This document shows, piece after piece, positions 21,049-30,799 of a DNA stretch of 64,000 bases. The number at the start of each line of letters is the position of its first letter. Positions within the stretch are counted from its first letter, which is position 1. The position numbers and the translations under genes were made by a program. This stretch comes from Elusimicrobiota bacterium (GTDB lineage Bacteria > Elusimicrobiota > Elusimicrobia > UBA1565): the NCBI GenBank assembly GCA_043827405.1, contig JBDRPD010000025.1:24238-88237 (forward strand), read 5' to 3'. The notes beneath the pieces were generated by a model. It ran no database searches. It was not told the origin of the DNA and saw nothing but the letters and a program-made list of their open reading frames with translations.

Positions 21049-22109
21049 AGGCGGAACTCCAGGCCTTCCTTGAGAAAAGGATCTCCGACCGGCATATCCT
21101 CACCCCGGCGCATAGCCATTCGGCACCAGAGCAGACCCGCGGTCAGAAAGACCGCCGCGAACAAGAGCTCCGGCCAGGAGAAGAGGGGGCCTCCGCCGAG
21201 CGCCGGAAAGATCAGCCAGTACAAGTCCAGGAAGTGCGCCGCCAGAACGATGATGGAAACCTTGGCGAGATGCGGCAAGTCGCCTTTGGCGCCGCGCGGG
21301 ATGAGGGCGAAAAACGGGATCACGAAATGGAGCACCGCCATAGCCAAAGCGATGACGCCCCATGCTCCGCCGGTGCGGTCGATGTACCAGAACACCTCTT
21401 CCGGCAGGTTCGCGTACCACATCAGCATATACTGCGCGAAGCCGATGTAGGACCAGAATACGGTAAAGGCGAACATGAAGGCGCCCAGGTTGTAGATGTG
21501 ATCGAAGCGCACTCCGGGCAGGCGTCCCTGCTTCGTCAGGTAGGTTATACCCAGCGTGGTGGCCGCCAGTCCCGCCAGGAAGAAGCCGGCAAAGACGTAG
21601 ACGCCGAAAATATCGCTGTACCATTCGGGGTCCAGGCTGGAGAGCCAGTCGAATGAGACCAAGGTCACCGTGAGCGCGAACACGAACATGAAGGCGGGGG
21701 CCGCCCGCCGCAGCCGTACGGTGATCTCGGGGTCCTTGGTCTCGTCCTGCTCGAGCGAGCGGCCGACGAAGATATGCCGGCACAGCGCCCACAGCGCCAG
21801 GCAGACGACGGTGCGGGCGCAGAAAAACGGGATGTTGAGCCAGGCCGCTTTACCCGCGATCAGCGGATTGGCGGCGGCTTCCGGCCGCGCCCAGGGATAG
21901 AGCACCGGCAGCGAGAACAGCGCGATCAGTCCCAGCGGGACGGCGAGGTTCAGCAGACCCGAGAGCCGTTCGCAGACCCGCCGGATCGGCACGCTCCAGC
22001 GTGCGCCGACAAGATGCTCCAGCGCCACGATAAACAGGCAGCCGAGTCCGGTCCCGCTGAGAAAAAGGAACCACAGCAGCCAGTTGGCCCAGAACCGTTC
22101 GGCCGTCAT
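21045..22109 (-). CDS. actF: Alternative complex III subunit ActF
   Basis: Polytopic; DWLSSLDPEWYS, QYMLMWYANLPEE; true ATG at 22109. Confidence 0.88.
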   Translation of the reverse strand: MTAERFWANWLLWFLFLSGTGLGCLFIVALEHLVGARWSVPIRRVCERLSGLLNLAVPLGLIALFSLPVLYPWARPEAAANPLIAGKAAWLNIPFFCARTVVCLALWALCRHIFVGRSLEQDETKDPEITVRLRRAAPAFMFVFALTVTLVSFDWLSSLDPEWYSDIFGVYVFAGFFLAGLAATTLGITYLTKQGRLPGVRFDHIYNLGAFMFAFTVFWSYIGFAQYMLMWYANLPEEVFWYIDRTGGAWGVIALAMAVLHFVIPFFALIPRGAKGDLPHLAKVSIIVLAAHFLDLYWLIFPALGGGPLFSWPELLFAAVFLTAGLLWCRMAMRRGEDMPVGDPFLKEGLEFRL

Positions 22110-23191
22110 GGAATATCCTCCGGCTTGGCGCGGCGCGCCCGCTGCAGCGCCCGGATATAGTGCGTGACGGCCCAGCGCTCGTCCGCGCTCAGCTCCGCGG
22201 CATATGAGGGCATCGCGTCCTTGCCCGCGGTCATGGCGTGAAACAGCTGGCCGTCGGTGTAGTCCCGGAACTTCTGCGACTGCAGGTTGGCGGGTGTGGC
22301 GCCGTAGGCCGCGCTTAAAGTCGTGCGGCCTTCGCCCAGGGCTCCGTGGCAGACCAGGCACTGCTCGCGGTAGGCCCGGCGGCCGGTGCGGATCACTTCC
22401 TCCGCGGCCGGCAGGGGATTGGCGCCGCCGGCCGCGACGAGGCCGCCGCGCGGCACCGTGCCGGCCGGCCGCGGCCGCATGCTGCCCGGCGCTTGCGCAT
22501 CGAACCGGCGCTGGTCCTGCATGTGCGACATCGGCGGCAGCTTCGGAAAGAGCTTGACCGTCCAGTACGCCGCGAAGGCGGTCCCGCAGCAGGCGGCCGC
22601 GCAGAGGAAGGCGATGACCAGCGCCGTCTCCAGCCGGATCGGGGCCGGATCGTCGGGCAGCGGGACGATTTCGAGGCCGCGGGCGCCGGCCTGCTCGAGC
22701 GCTTGGCGCGCGGCGGTTTCGTCCAACGTTCCATCCTCCATTTCGAACGCCAGCGCGAAACGGTCGCGGGTGAGCGCGCGCATGGCCTTGGAGGCGAGCA
22801 GGGGATGCCACAGCGCCGGCAGCCGGTTGAGCAGAAACAGCATGCCGAGCCCGGCGGTCAAGGTGGCGAAAAGAACCATCGCCTCAAACATTACCGGCAC
22901 GAAGGCCTGCCACGAGAACAGCGCCTTGCCGCCCGTGGGGACGGCGTAGTCGACGGCGCTCGTCCAGCCCTGAAACAGCAGCGCGCCGACGGCGCCCAGC
23001 GCGCCCATGACCAGGACCATGCCGGCCAAAGGGGAGCGGCGCAGGCCGAGCGCGTCCTCAATACCGTGCACCGGATAGGGCGAGTAGGCTTCGAGGCGGC
23101 CGCCGGGCTTGCCCTTGAGCTTGCGCGCCGCGTCGATAAGACTCTGCGCGTCGTCGAACATTCCTACCACCGCGAAGACGCGCTTACTCAT
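22106..23191 (-). CDS. Alternative complex III ActD-ActE fusion (DUF3341 plus cytochrome c)
   Basis: YSPYPVHG, GGKALFSWQAFVPVMFE; then MQDQ, CLVCHG and MPSY. Confidence 0.85.
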   Translation of the reverse strand: MSKRVFAVVGMFDDAQSLIDAARKLKGKPGGRLEAYSPYPVHGIEDALGLRRSPLAGMVLVMGALGAVGALLFQGWTSAVDYAVPTGGKALFSWQAFVPVMFEAMVLFATLTAGLGMLFLLNRLPALWHPLLASKAMRALTRDRFALAFEMEDGTLDETAARQALEQAGARGLEIVPLPDDPAPIRLETALVIAFLCAAACCGTAFAAYWTVKLFPKLPPMSHMQDQRRFDAQAPGSMRPRPAGTVPRGGLVAAGGANPLPAAEEVIRTGRRAYREQCLVCHGALGEGRTTLSAAYGATPANLQSQKFRDYTDGQLFHAMTAGKDAMPSYAAELSADERWAVTHYIRALQRARRAKPEDIP

Positions 23192-24572
23192 GGCCGTCCT
23201 CGTGTCCGTGGGAGGGCTGGGCGCCGTGCAGGATCGCCTTCATTTCCGTGGTCGCGATGACGGGGAGGACCCGAGCGAACAGCAGAACCAAGGTGAAAAA
23301 CAGGCCGAACGAGCCCAGCAGGATGCCGAAGTCCGTCAGCGTCGGCGTAAAGACGTTCCAGGCCGCGGGCAAATAGTCCTGCTGCAGGGATATGACGATA
23401 ATGACAAAGCGCTCGAACCACATGCCGACGGTTACCGCCAGCGCCACGAAGATCATGCCGGGATAGCTGCGCCTAACCGTGCGCAGCCACAGGAGCTGGG
23501 GGATGCCGACGTTGCACATGAGCACGGTCCAGCCCGCCCAGCCGTAATTGCCGCCGATGTACTGCTTGAAGATATGATGCAGGTAGCCGCTCATGCTGTA
23601 CCAGGCGGTAAAGGCTTCCAGCAGGTAGGCATAGCCCATCAGGCAGGACATCGCCAGGATGACCTTGTTCATGACTTCCAGGTGGTATTCGGTGATGAGG
23701 TTTTTGAGCTCCATCGTCTCGCGCACCACGACGAGTACGATGACCACCATGGCGAAGCCGGCGAAGATCGCGCCGGTGACGAAGTAGGGCGGGAAGATCG
23801 TCATGTGCCAGCCCGGGACCAAAGAAACCGCGAAGTCGAAAGAGACGACGCTGTGCACCGAAAGCACCAGACCGGTCGCCAGACCGGCGAGCAGGAGATA
23901 GGCCTTCTCGTAGTGCTGCCAGTGCGAGGCGGCGCCCCGCCAGCCGAGGCTGAGGACGGTATAGGCCAGCTTCTTGATCTTGTTTTTGGCGCGGTCGCGC
24001 AGCGAGGCGATATCCGGGATCAGCCCCAGATACCAGAACATCAAAGACACGGTAAAGTAGGTGGAGACGGCCACCACGTCCCACAGCAGCGGCGAGCGGA
24101 AGTTGGGCCACAGCGCCCGCTGGTTCGGATAGGGAAAAAGCCAGAAGTTTATCCACGGGCGGCCGAGATGGATGAGGGGAAATATTCCCGCGCACATGAC
24201 GGCGAATATGGTCATGGCTTCGGCGAAGCGGGCGATGGCGTTGCGCCAGCGCCGGCGGAACAGGAACAGGATGGCGGAGATCAGAGTTCCGGCGTGGCCG
24301 ATGCCGACCCAGAACACGAAGTTGATGATCGGGAAGCCCCAGTAGACGGGCCGGTTGTTGCCCCAGACGCCGATGCCGTGGTACAGCGTATAGCCGATAA
24401 AGGCGAAGCCGATCGTCATGATCATGCTGGTGCAGGCGATGGCGATAAACCACTTAAGCGGCGGCTTTTTCTCGGCGTAGCTCAGGACCTGATCGTCGAG
24501 CGAGCCGGGGGTCACCCGGCCTTCGGTGAGGGCGGGCTCGCGCAGGGCGGCGGGAAGGGCGTCAGTGGCCAT
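23184..24572 (-). CDS. actC: Alternative complex III subunit ActC (NrfD family)
   Basis: NFVFWVGIGHAGTLISA, IHLGRPW, SPLLWD, SVHSVVSFDFA, GMWFERFVI. Confidence 0.95.
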   Translation of the reverse strand: MATDALPAALREPALTEGRVTPGSLDDQVLSYAEKKPPLKWFIAIACTSMIMTIGFAFIGYTLYHGIGVWGNNRPVYWGFPIINFVFWVGIGHAGTLISAILFLFRRRWRNAIARFAEAMTIFAVMCAGIFPLIHLGRPWINFWLFPYPNQRALWPNFRSPLLWDVVAVSTYFTVSLMFWYLGLIPDIASLRDRAKNKIKKLAYTVLSLGWRGAASHWQHYEKAYLLLAGLATGLVLSVHSVVSFDFAVSLVPGWHMTIFPPYFVTGAIFAGFAMVVIVLVVVRETMELKNLITEYHLEVMNKVILAMSCLMGYAYLLEAFTAWYSMSGYLHHIFKQYIGGNYGWAGWTVLMCNVGIPQLLWLRTVRRSYPGMIFVALAVTVGMWFERFVIIVISLQQDYLPAAWNVFTPTLTDFGILLGSFGLFFTLVLLFARVLPVIATTEMKAILHGAQPSHGHEDGHE

Positions 24573-27297
24573 GCCCCTCCTTAGTCCTGGTCCCTGCTTT
24601 GGGATTCTCGATCTTCGCGAGATAGGTTACCGACGGTCTGGCGCCGAGCTCCTCCAGCACCTTGTAGCCGCGCTTATCGTGCGCCAGCTTGGCGACGGCG
24701 CTGTTCTTGTCGTTGGCGTCGCCGAAGACGATGGCCTTGGCCGGACAGGCGGCGGCGCAGGCGGGCTGAACCTCGCCGTCGCGGATATCACGACCCCTGG
24801 CCCGCTGCTTCACATCCTGGATGCGCTGCACGCAGAAGGTGCACTTCTCCATAACGCCGCGCGGGCGCAGCGTTACTTCGGGATTGTAGACCATGGACTC
24901 CGGCTCTTTCTTGGCCGAGGTAAAATCGAAAAAGTTGAAGCGCCGGACCTTATAGGGACAGTTGTTGGCGCAGTAGCGCGTCCCCACGCAGCGGTTATAG
25001 ACCATCTGGTTGAGGCCGTCGGGGCTGTGGTTGGTGGCGTTGACCGGACAGACGGTCTCGCAGGGGGCGTCGTCGCAGTGCTGGCACAGCATGGGCTGGT
25101 GCGCGACTTTGGGAGCGTTGTCGCTGCCCTCATAATAGCGGTCGATGCGCATCCAGTGCATCTCGCGGCCCTTGCGCACCTCTTCGGGGCCGACGTTCGG
25201 GATATTGTTTTCGGCCTGACAGGCGACGACGCAGGCGCCGCAGCCGACGCAGGCGGAAAGGTCGATCGCCATGGCCCATTTGCTACCGGCATATTCGGCG
25301 GGCTCGTTGAGAGTGTGCAGTTCGTGTTTCGCATGGTGCCCGCCGCCGTGCCGGTGCTCGTCCAAAGTCATGCGGCGGACGATATCCCGGCCATGGGCGC
25401 CGTGCTCGCGCTGGGTTAAAGCGAGCTCTTGGCGCGCGCCCGTGCGCGTGATCTTGACGCCGCCGCCTTGGCCGAGCAGCGGAAACAGGTTGGCGCCCAC
25501 CGCGGCGCCTATCGTGCCCGTGCGCCGCCCATAGCCGAGCTCCGCGGCGACCAGGCCCGGCACCTGCCCCTTCTGCACCAGCGCCGGCAGCGTGGCTTGC
25601 GCTCCGCCGCTGTCGAGCTGTACGAGGTCGCCGTCTTTGACGCCGAGGCGTTTTGCGTCCGTCGGCGACAAGGCGGCGACGTTGCCCCAGGTCTTTTTAC
25701 TGACCGGATCGGGAAGCTCCTGCAGCCAGCCGGAGTTGGCGTAGCGGCCGTCGTAAACGGCGGTTCCGGGCTTGAGCAGGAGCTCGAAGCCGCCGCTGGA
25801 GCGGGGGACGGACGGGACCGGCCTGGACGCCGGGCGGCGGCGGCCGTGACGCTGCGCGACAAAGCCTTCATGCAGGCTTGCCTGCCAGAAGCGGTCAAAC
25901 GGGACCGGGCTGCTCTTGGAATAAACAACGCGCTTCCACCGCTTCTCCAGATAGGTGCGAAAGTCCTCCTTGGCGCCGAGCAGGTCGAGCAGAACGTCTT
26001 CGCCCTGGCGTGTGTCGTAAAGAGGCTCTACCACCGGCTGCTGCAGGCTGAGAGCTCCGTCGGTTTCATAATCGCCCCATGCTTCCAGCCAATGGCTCTC
26101 AGGCAGTACGACCTCGCATTCGTGCGCGGTCTCATCTTCATGCAGTCCGAGCGCGGCCTTGAAAGCCGTCGCTTTCATCGCTTTCCGCATGAGCGCCGAA
26201 TCCGGAAAGGCGTAGAGCGGGTTGGTGCGCCAGAAAATCGCGGCGCCGTACTCTCCGCCCGCCATGCCGTGTATCTCCCGTTCCGCTTCGGCCAGCGTTG
26301 CGAACCCCATCCCTTTCGGAAAGGCCGGGTACTCTACCGTATAGCCGACGGCGCCGAGCAAGTCGTTGAGCCGGCGGCATGCGGCATGCGCTTCAGCCGG
26401 CAGTTCGGGCCCAGCGATTACGATCGCGCGCTTGCCCGCCCGCCCGAGGTCCTGCGCGATCTGCGTCAGCCCGTGCGGCTGCGCCTTTCCCTTGCCGCGC
26501 ATGAGTCCGGCCAGCTGTTCGATAGCCGCCGCCGCCTGCGACGGCCGCAGAGGGATGCGGTGATCGGCATTGGAGCCGGTCACGCTGAGACCGCCTTCTA
26601 GAACGTAAAGGCGGTTCATCCCGCCTTTGGCCTCGGGACGACGCCGTGCGGAGAAGTCGGTGATCGCGTCGGGCCAGCGGGCATTGAGGAAATCCGCGTC
26701 GAATGAGACGATGATGTCGGCGCGGTCGAGCCGCAGGCGCGGCAGCATCGACTGCGCTCCGCCGGGTGAGGCCGGCTCCCAGGCTACATGCCGCAGCCCG
26801 CGGTACTTGCGCCGCAGCCGCTCGATCAGCTCCGCGCGCGCCGGCGACAGCACCGCGTCGGTCAGCAACAGGATCTTCCTGCCGGATTTAGCGGCGTTTT
26901 CGAGAGCTTCTTTCACGTGTTTGAGCGACTGGTCCCAAGCCGCTTCCTTGTGATCAACCATCGGACCCCGCAGCCGGTCGGGATCATAGAGGCGGAGCAC
27001 GTCGGCCACCGCGCGCAGCGCCGTACGGCCGCGCATGCGCGGATGCTTGTCGTTGCCCTGGACATGGATCGGCCGGCCCTCGCGCGCCTTTACCAGGACG
27101 CTGTAGGCGAGTTCGCCTTCCTGGAAAGTGCTGGCGAACCACTCCGCGACGCCGGGCACGGAGCTCCCGGCGGACGGCTTGGGGCGGGCGACGATGCGGC
27201 CCCGGTCGGTGCGCGAGCAGCCGCTGGCGAAGGCGGCGTAGGCGCCCATGAGGCCGAGAAAGCGCGTGCGCGAAATCTTTTGGTCCTTATCTTCCAT
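24562..27297 (-). CDS. actB: Alternative complex III subunit ActB
   Basis: Tat-like/lipoprotein leader, Mo-oxidoreductase-like body (LYDPDRL, GWLQELPDP), four Fe-S motifs including CVGTRYCANNCP. Confidence 0.93.
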   Translation of the reverse strand: MEDKDQKISRTRFLGLMGAYAAFASGCSRTDRGRIVARPKPSAGSSVPGVAEWFASTFQEGELAYSVLVKAREGRPIHVQGNDKHPRMRGRTALRAVADVLRLYDPDRLRGPMVDHKEAAWDQSLKHVKEALENAAKSGRKILLLTDAVLSPARAELIERLRRKYRGLRHVAWEPASPGGAQSMLPRLRLDRADIIVSFDADFLNARWPDAITDFSARRRPEAKGGMNRLYVLEGGLSVTGSNADHRIPLRPSQAAAAIEQLAGLMRGKGKAQPHGLTQIAQDLGRAGKRAIVIAGPELPAEAHAACRRLNDLLGAVGYTVEYPAFPKGMGFATLAEAEREIHGMAGGEYGAAIFWRTNPLYAFPDSALMRKAMKATAFKAALGLHEDETAHECEVVLPESHWLEAWGDYETDGALSLQQPVVEPLYDTRQGEDVLLDLLGAKEDFRTYLEKRWKRVVYSKSSPVPFDRFWQASLHEGFVAQRHGRRRPASRPVPSVPRSSGGFELLLKPGTAVYDGRYANSGWLQELPDPVSKKTWGNVAALSPTDAKRLGVKDGDLVQLDSGGAQATLPALVQKGQVPGLVAAELGYGRRTGTIGAAVGANLFPLLGQGGGVKITRTGARQELALTQREHGAHGRDIVRRMTLDEHRHGGGHHAKHELHTLNEPAEYAGSKWAMAIDLSACVGCGACVVACQAENNIPNVGPEEVRKGREMHWMRIDRYYEGSDNAPKVAHQPMLCQHCDDAPCETVCPVNATNHSPDGLNQMVYNRCVGTRYCANNCPYKVRRFNFFDFTSAKKEPESMVYNPEVTLRPRGVMEKCTFCVQRIQDVKQRARGRDIRDGEVQPACAAACPAKAIVFGDANDKNSAVAKLAHDKRGYKVLEELGARPSVTYLAKIENPKAGTRTKEGHGH

Positions 27298-27457
27298 GCC
27301 GGCTCACAGAGTGCCGCGGGCGGCGAATCTTAGGCGCGCGGCGGCGGGGTGAAATCAAGCGCGAAACCGCCTTGGCCGGAGTGAGCCAAAAGGCACCCGA
27401 AAACAGCGCGAGAATGCCGAGGGCTCCGCGGCGGGTTACTTTACCGGTGGCAGGCAT
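27287..27457 (-). CDS. Possible small membrane protein between actA and actB
   Basis: MPATGKVTRRGALGILALFSGAFW...; fills the gap and overlaps both neighbours. Confidence 0.35.
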   Translation of the reverse strand: MPATGKVTRRGALGILALFSGAFWLTPAKAVSRLISPRRRAPKIRRPRHSVSRHGR

Positions 27458-28073
27458 AGCAGTGCTCCGCTCCTTGGCTGATTGGGCTGTCCGGCGGCAG
27501 GGCGTTGTGCGGGTCGCGGTGGCAGGCCAGGCAGCTCGCCATGCGCAGCGACATGCGCTGGGCGACGACGTCCATGGTCTCCACCGCGCCGTGGCAGGTC
27601 TGACAGGCGATGCCGCCGTTGACGTGCGGACGGTGATCGAAGAAAACGTGGTCCGGAAGGGAGTGCACCCGCTTCCAGAAGATCGGGGTATTGTCCGCAA
27701 AGCGCCTGGTCAGCGTCTTGATGTCGGGCGAGTCGGTCTTGGTGACGCGGTGGCACTTCATGCAGGTCTCGGTCGGAGGGATGCCCGCATGGCGCGAATT
27801 GCGTGCCTGGGAGTGGCAGTACAGGCAGGATATCTCCATGTCTCCGGCGTGCACCTTATGGGAAAACGGAATCGGCTGCTCGGGGGCGAAGCCCACGGTG
27901 AAGCGGTCGGGCTGAGTTAACCAGCCCACGGCCGCCGCGACCAGCCCCGTGGTCAGCACCGCGGCGATGATCAGCGCCTGGACAGCGCGGTTGCGCAGCG
28001 CTTCCCAGGCGGACTCGGCGATGCTTTCGGCTTTTTTGATGTAAGCGTCTAAATCGATGAAATCCACTGCCAA
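27441..28073 (-). CDS. actA: Alternative complex III subunit ActA (pentaheme cytochrome c)
   Basis: PEQPIPFSHKVH and five CxxCH motifs; start uncertain. Confidence 0.92.
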   Translation of the reverse strand: MAVDFIDLDAYIKKAESIAESAWEALRNRAVQALIIAAVLTTGLVAAAVGWLTQPDRFTVGFAPEQPIPFSHKVHAGDMEISCLYCHSQARNSRHAGIPPTETCMKCHRVTKTDSPDIKTLTRRFADNTPIFWKRVHSLPDHVFFDHRPHVNGGIACQTCHGAVETMDVVAQRMSLRMASCLACHRDPHNALPPDSPISQGAEHCYACHR

Positions 28074-28138
28074 GCGCTAATATACGTGATTTAGCCGGTC
28101 GAATATAGTGTTTATTGCCCGTCCTTTGCTACCGGATG

Positions 28139-28166
28139 AAAAAACCCCGGCAGGATTGGCCGGGGT
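28139..28166 (-). terminator. Intrinsic terminator-like hairpin upstream of actA
   Basis: ACCCCGGC/GCCGGGGT stem, 7-nt loop, U tract on the minus strand. Confidence 0.6.
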
Positions 28167-28206
28167 CCGTTTGGGCAAAAAAAACCGCGCCGAAACGCGA
28201 TTGAAT

Positions 28207-28236
28207 ATAATAGCAAAGTGAACCTGGTCTTGTCAA
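28207..28236 (-). promoter_or_regulatory. Candidate sigma70 promoter for the act-cox operon
   Basis: TTGACA-18-TATTAT with extended TG. Confidence 0.55.
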
Positions 28237-28388
28237 GCGAAAAATGCCCAAAAGCCGCACTTGCGGCTGACAGGCGGCTTATCTCCGGGGGAGTGCTTTT
28301 ATCCTGTTTTTATAGGGTTTTTCCCTTTATCGATCGAATCAGGACTGCCGTATAATCCCATCGAGCAAGGAGGACGGGAGCGGCCGGA

Positions 28389-30218
28389 CTACATCGCCGA
28401 GAGCCGCATTTCCATCGGCTGGTTGAGCAGCCACAGGCTGAGGACGCTGAACGCCACCATGGCCGTCAGCATCGGCAGCTGGGTGAGAAACGCCGTGCGC
28501 GGATCAGCAATCAGGCGCCGGGTGGTCCGCTCCGAGATCCACAGGCCGTAGATGTGGCCGATGATAATGAAGAAGAGCTGAATCCACCACAGCCCTTCCA
28601 GGGTGATCATAGGAGGCGTCGACCAGGCCGTCGTACCGAACAGGTTCCAGCCCCAGCCGAAAGGATCTGAGATGAGCCGGAGCACTTTGGGCCCCTCCAT
28701 CAGAAAATGCTCGGCATTGTGCGCTAGGTGGTAGAACAGCGCGATCGGCAGCATCGCATAGGCATAGCTGAGGAAGATCCTCTTGAAGCCGACCTCTCCG
28801 CTCAACCAGGCCGAGGCCCAGACCAAAACAGTGTAGACGGCGATGGGGCCGAGCAGTATGCCCGCCATGAGCAGCGAGAAAGACAGCAGATAGGGCAGCC
28901 CCCAGGATCGCAGCATGGATTCATTGATCGCGCCCCAGACCGGCGTCATCGTAAGCCCATGGAAGCTTGTCATCGACAGCAGCACCAGCGCCATGATGGC
29001 TTCGTCCGTCCGCGGCCGTCCCTGCTGGGCGAGGTCGGCCGCCCATGGCCGCAGGCGGATCGCCATGTTGTCGTGCGGGCAGGTCTTGAAGCACTCGGTA
29101 CACAGGGTGCAGTAGGTGTTGAGGCTCATCGCGCGGGGATACTCGAAGGTCGGACAGCCGTCGCCCCGGCTGCTGCCGCGGTAGCAGTCCATGGTGCGGC
29201 AGCCGGCGCAGATGGAATCATTATCCGAACGAACCTCGATGGGGGCGAATAGCGCGTACAGGCCCGAGACCCTCCCGACCAGGCAGCCGTAGCGGCAAAA
29301 GGCCTTGCGTTCGAAGATGAACATAGACACCACCGCGAGCCCGAGCATACCCAGCGCGATCCAGGCCGTCGCGCGGGGGATCAAGGTCACGCCCATGCCG
29401 AGCTCGATCCAGGTGAGCAGCAGAAACAGGCCGACGGCGGGCCATATATTGCGCAGCGCCGGCGGCCAGCGCAGGCCGAGGCCGAGGCTGTCCCCGCGCG
29501 GCCCCCAGAACTTCAGGCGCTCCAGCCAGACGGCTATAGCGTCCCAGGGACAGATGGTGCACCAGGCTTTGCCGAAATACATGATGGCGAAGATGAGACC
29601 GGCCCACCAAATGGTCCAGGTCAGCAGCGGCGTCAGGTTCATTAGCGGATTTTGGCTGCCGAAGAGCCCGGCCGCGATGATCAGGATGAAGGCGGCGGAG
29701 GTCACGGCGCGCAGGCAGAAGATCAAAGGCGGCCATTTGAGCAGGCGGCGGATACCGGCAGAGGCGGTGAGGTCGACGCGGGCGTCGATCACTCCCGCGG
29801 AGCTCCGGCCGGTGAACAGGGAGATTATCTGCAGCAAGCCGAATGAAACCAGGAGAATGGCGGCGATCCCCGTCTGATACATCCAGGTCGGAATTCCCCG
29901 CATCAGGTGCGATTCCTTCTTGGCGGGATTGGCGGCGTAGGCCGCGGGGTTCTCGACGAACAGCTCACGGCAGTAAGTGCTGCAGAAGAAGAAATGCTGC
30001 GCGGTGAAAAGTACCCGGTCAGCCGTCTTCCGGCGCACCTCCATGCCGCACACGGGATCGACCGCGACTCCACCGCCGGCCGGGACCTGGGTGCTCGTCG
30101 CCCGCATGGCGTCGATGTTGATGCGGTAGGTCTTGCCGGTCTTGAGCTGGTCCATGACGATAATGGAAAAGACCACGGCGAGAACCGCCCACGGCAGCAG
30201 CAAGGCCGCCCGCCGCAT
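28389..30218 (-). CDS. YHS domain plus membrane 4Fe-4S-binding (NapH/NosR-like) protein
   Basis: DPVCGM...FFFCSTYC; WCTICPW, FCRYGC, CTLCTECFKTCP; many TMs. Confidence 0.82.
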   Translation of the reverse strand: MRRAALLLPWAVLAVVFSIIVMDQLKTGKTYRINIDAMRATSTQVPAGGGVAVDPVCGMEVRRKTADRVLFTAQHFFFCSTYCRELFVENPAAYAANPAKKESHLMRGIPTWMYQTGIAAILLVSFGLLQIISLFTGRSSAGVIDARVDLTASAGIRRLLKWPPLIFCLRAVTSAAFILIIAAGLFGSQNPLMNLTPLLTWTIWWAGLIFAIMYFGKAWCTICPWDAIAVWLERLKFWGPRGDSLGLGLRWPPALRNIWPAVGLFLLLTWIELGMGVTLIPRATAWIALGMLGLAVVSMFIFERKAFCRYGCLVGRVSGLYALFAPIEVRSDNDSICAGCRTMDCYRGSSRGDGCPTFEYPRAMSLNTYCTLCTECFKTCPHDNMAIRLRPWAADLAQQGRPRTDEAIMALVLLSMTSFHGLTMTPVWGAINESMLRSWGLPYLLSFSLLMAGILLGPIAVYTVLVWASAWLSGEVGFKRIFLSYAYAMLPIALFYHLAHNAEHFLMEGPKVLRLISDPFGWGWNLFGTTAWSTPPMITLEGLWWIQLFFIIIGHIYGLWISERTTRRLIADPRTAFLTQLPMLTAMVAFSVLSLWLLNQPMEMRLSAM

Positions 30219-30799
30219 TACGCCGCCGCCCGCCGCTTGCGCATGATGCGAATGCCGATGATAAACAGCAGCAGGGCGGCCAGATAGATGGCGAGGGTCA
30301 GCCATGGAGAGCCGGTCTCTCCGACCGCGAGCGGAATGTGCAGGCCGTCGATCTTGGTGCGCGCGTCAAGGTAGAGAATCAGTTCGTAAGTGCCGGCAGC
30401 GGGGTAGGTCGGATGGAAAATATAGGCGCCGTCCGGCGCCCTTTCGGGAGTGATTCCGGGCAGCGCCTCCTTGGCGCCGAAGAGCTTCACGCGCAGGACA
30501 TCGATCACCATGGGCGCGGGATTGGGCCGGCGGCTTGTTTTGTTGAGCGCCATTACCCGGATGCTTGAGCGGACGTTGGGCTGGGGTCGGCCCGGCGAAC
30601 CGGTGACATCAATAATGTAGTCGTCAAAGAACTGCGTCAGCTTGAAGACTGTTTTTTGCGGGTCGTTCCGATCCGGAGCGTAATACGGCATGCCCATGAC
30701 GATGTGCGCCGCCGCCGCTGACGCTCCCGCCGCCAGCAATACGAGCGGGAGCGCGGTGCGGGCTACTCGCCGGGTTCGGCGATGAGAAACATGCCGCAT
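30218..30799 (-). CDS. Exported hypothetical protein with C-terminal TM (FixH/YtkA-like Ig fold possible); start uncertain
   Basis: Signal peptide ending AAAAH, YPAAGTYEL, C-terminal TM and basic tail. Confidence 0.55.
   Translation of the reverse strand: MRHVSHRRTRRVARTALPLVLLAAGASAAAAHIVMGMPYYAPDRNDPQKTVFKLTQFFDDYIIDVTGSPGRPQPNVRSSIRVMALNKTSRRPNPAPMVIDVLRVKLFGAKEALPGITPERAPDGAYIFHPTYPAAGTYELILYLDARTKIDGLHIPLAVGETGSPWLTLAIYLAALLLFIIGIRIMRKRRAAA

Noticed and set aside
21045..22811. 588-aa version of ActF
   Set aside because: The N-terminal extension is an off-frame overlap with actDE; the true start is at 22109
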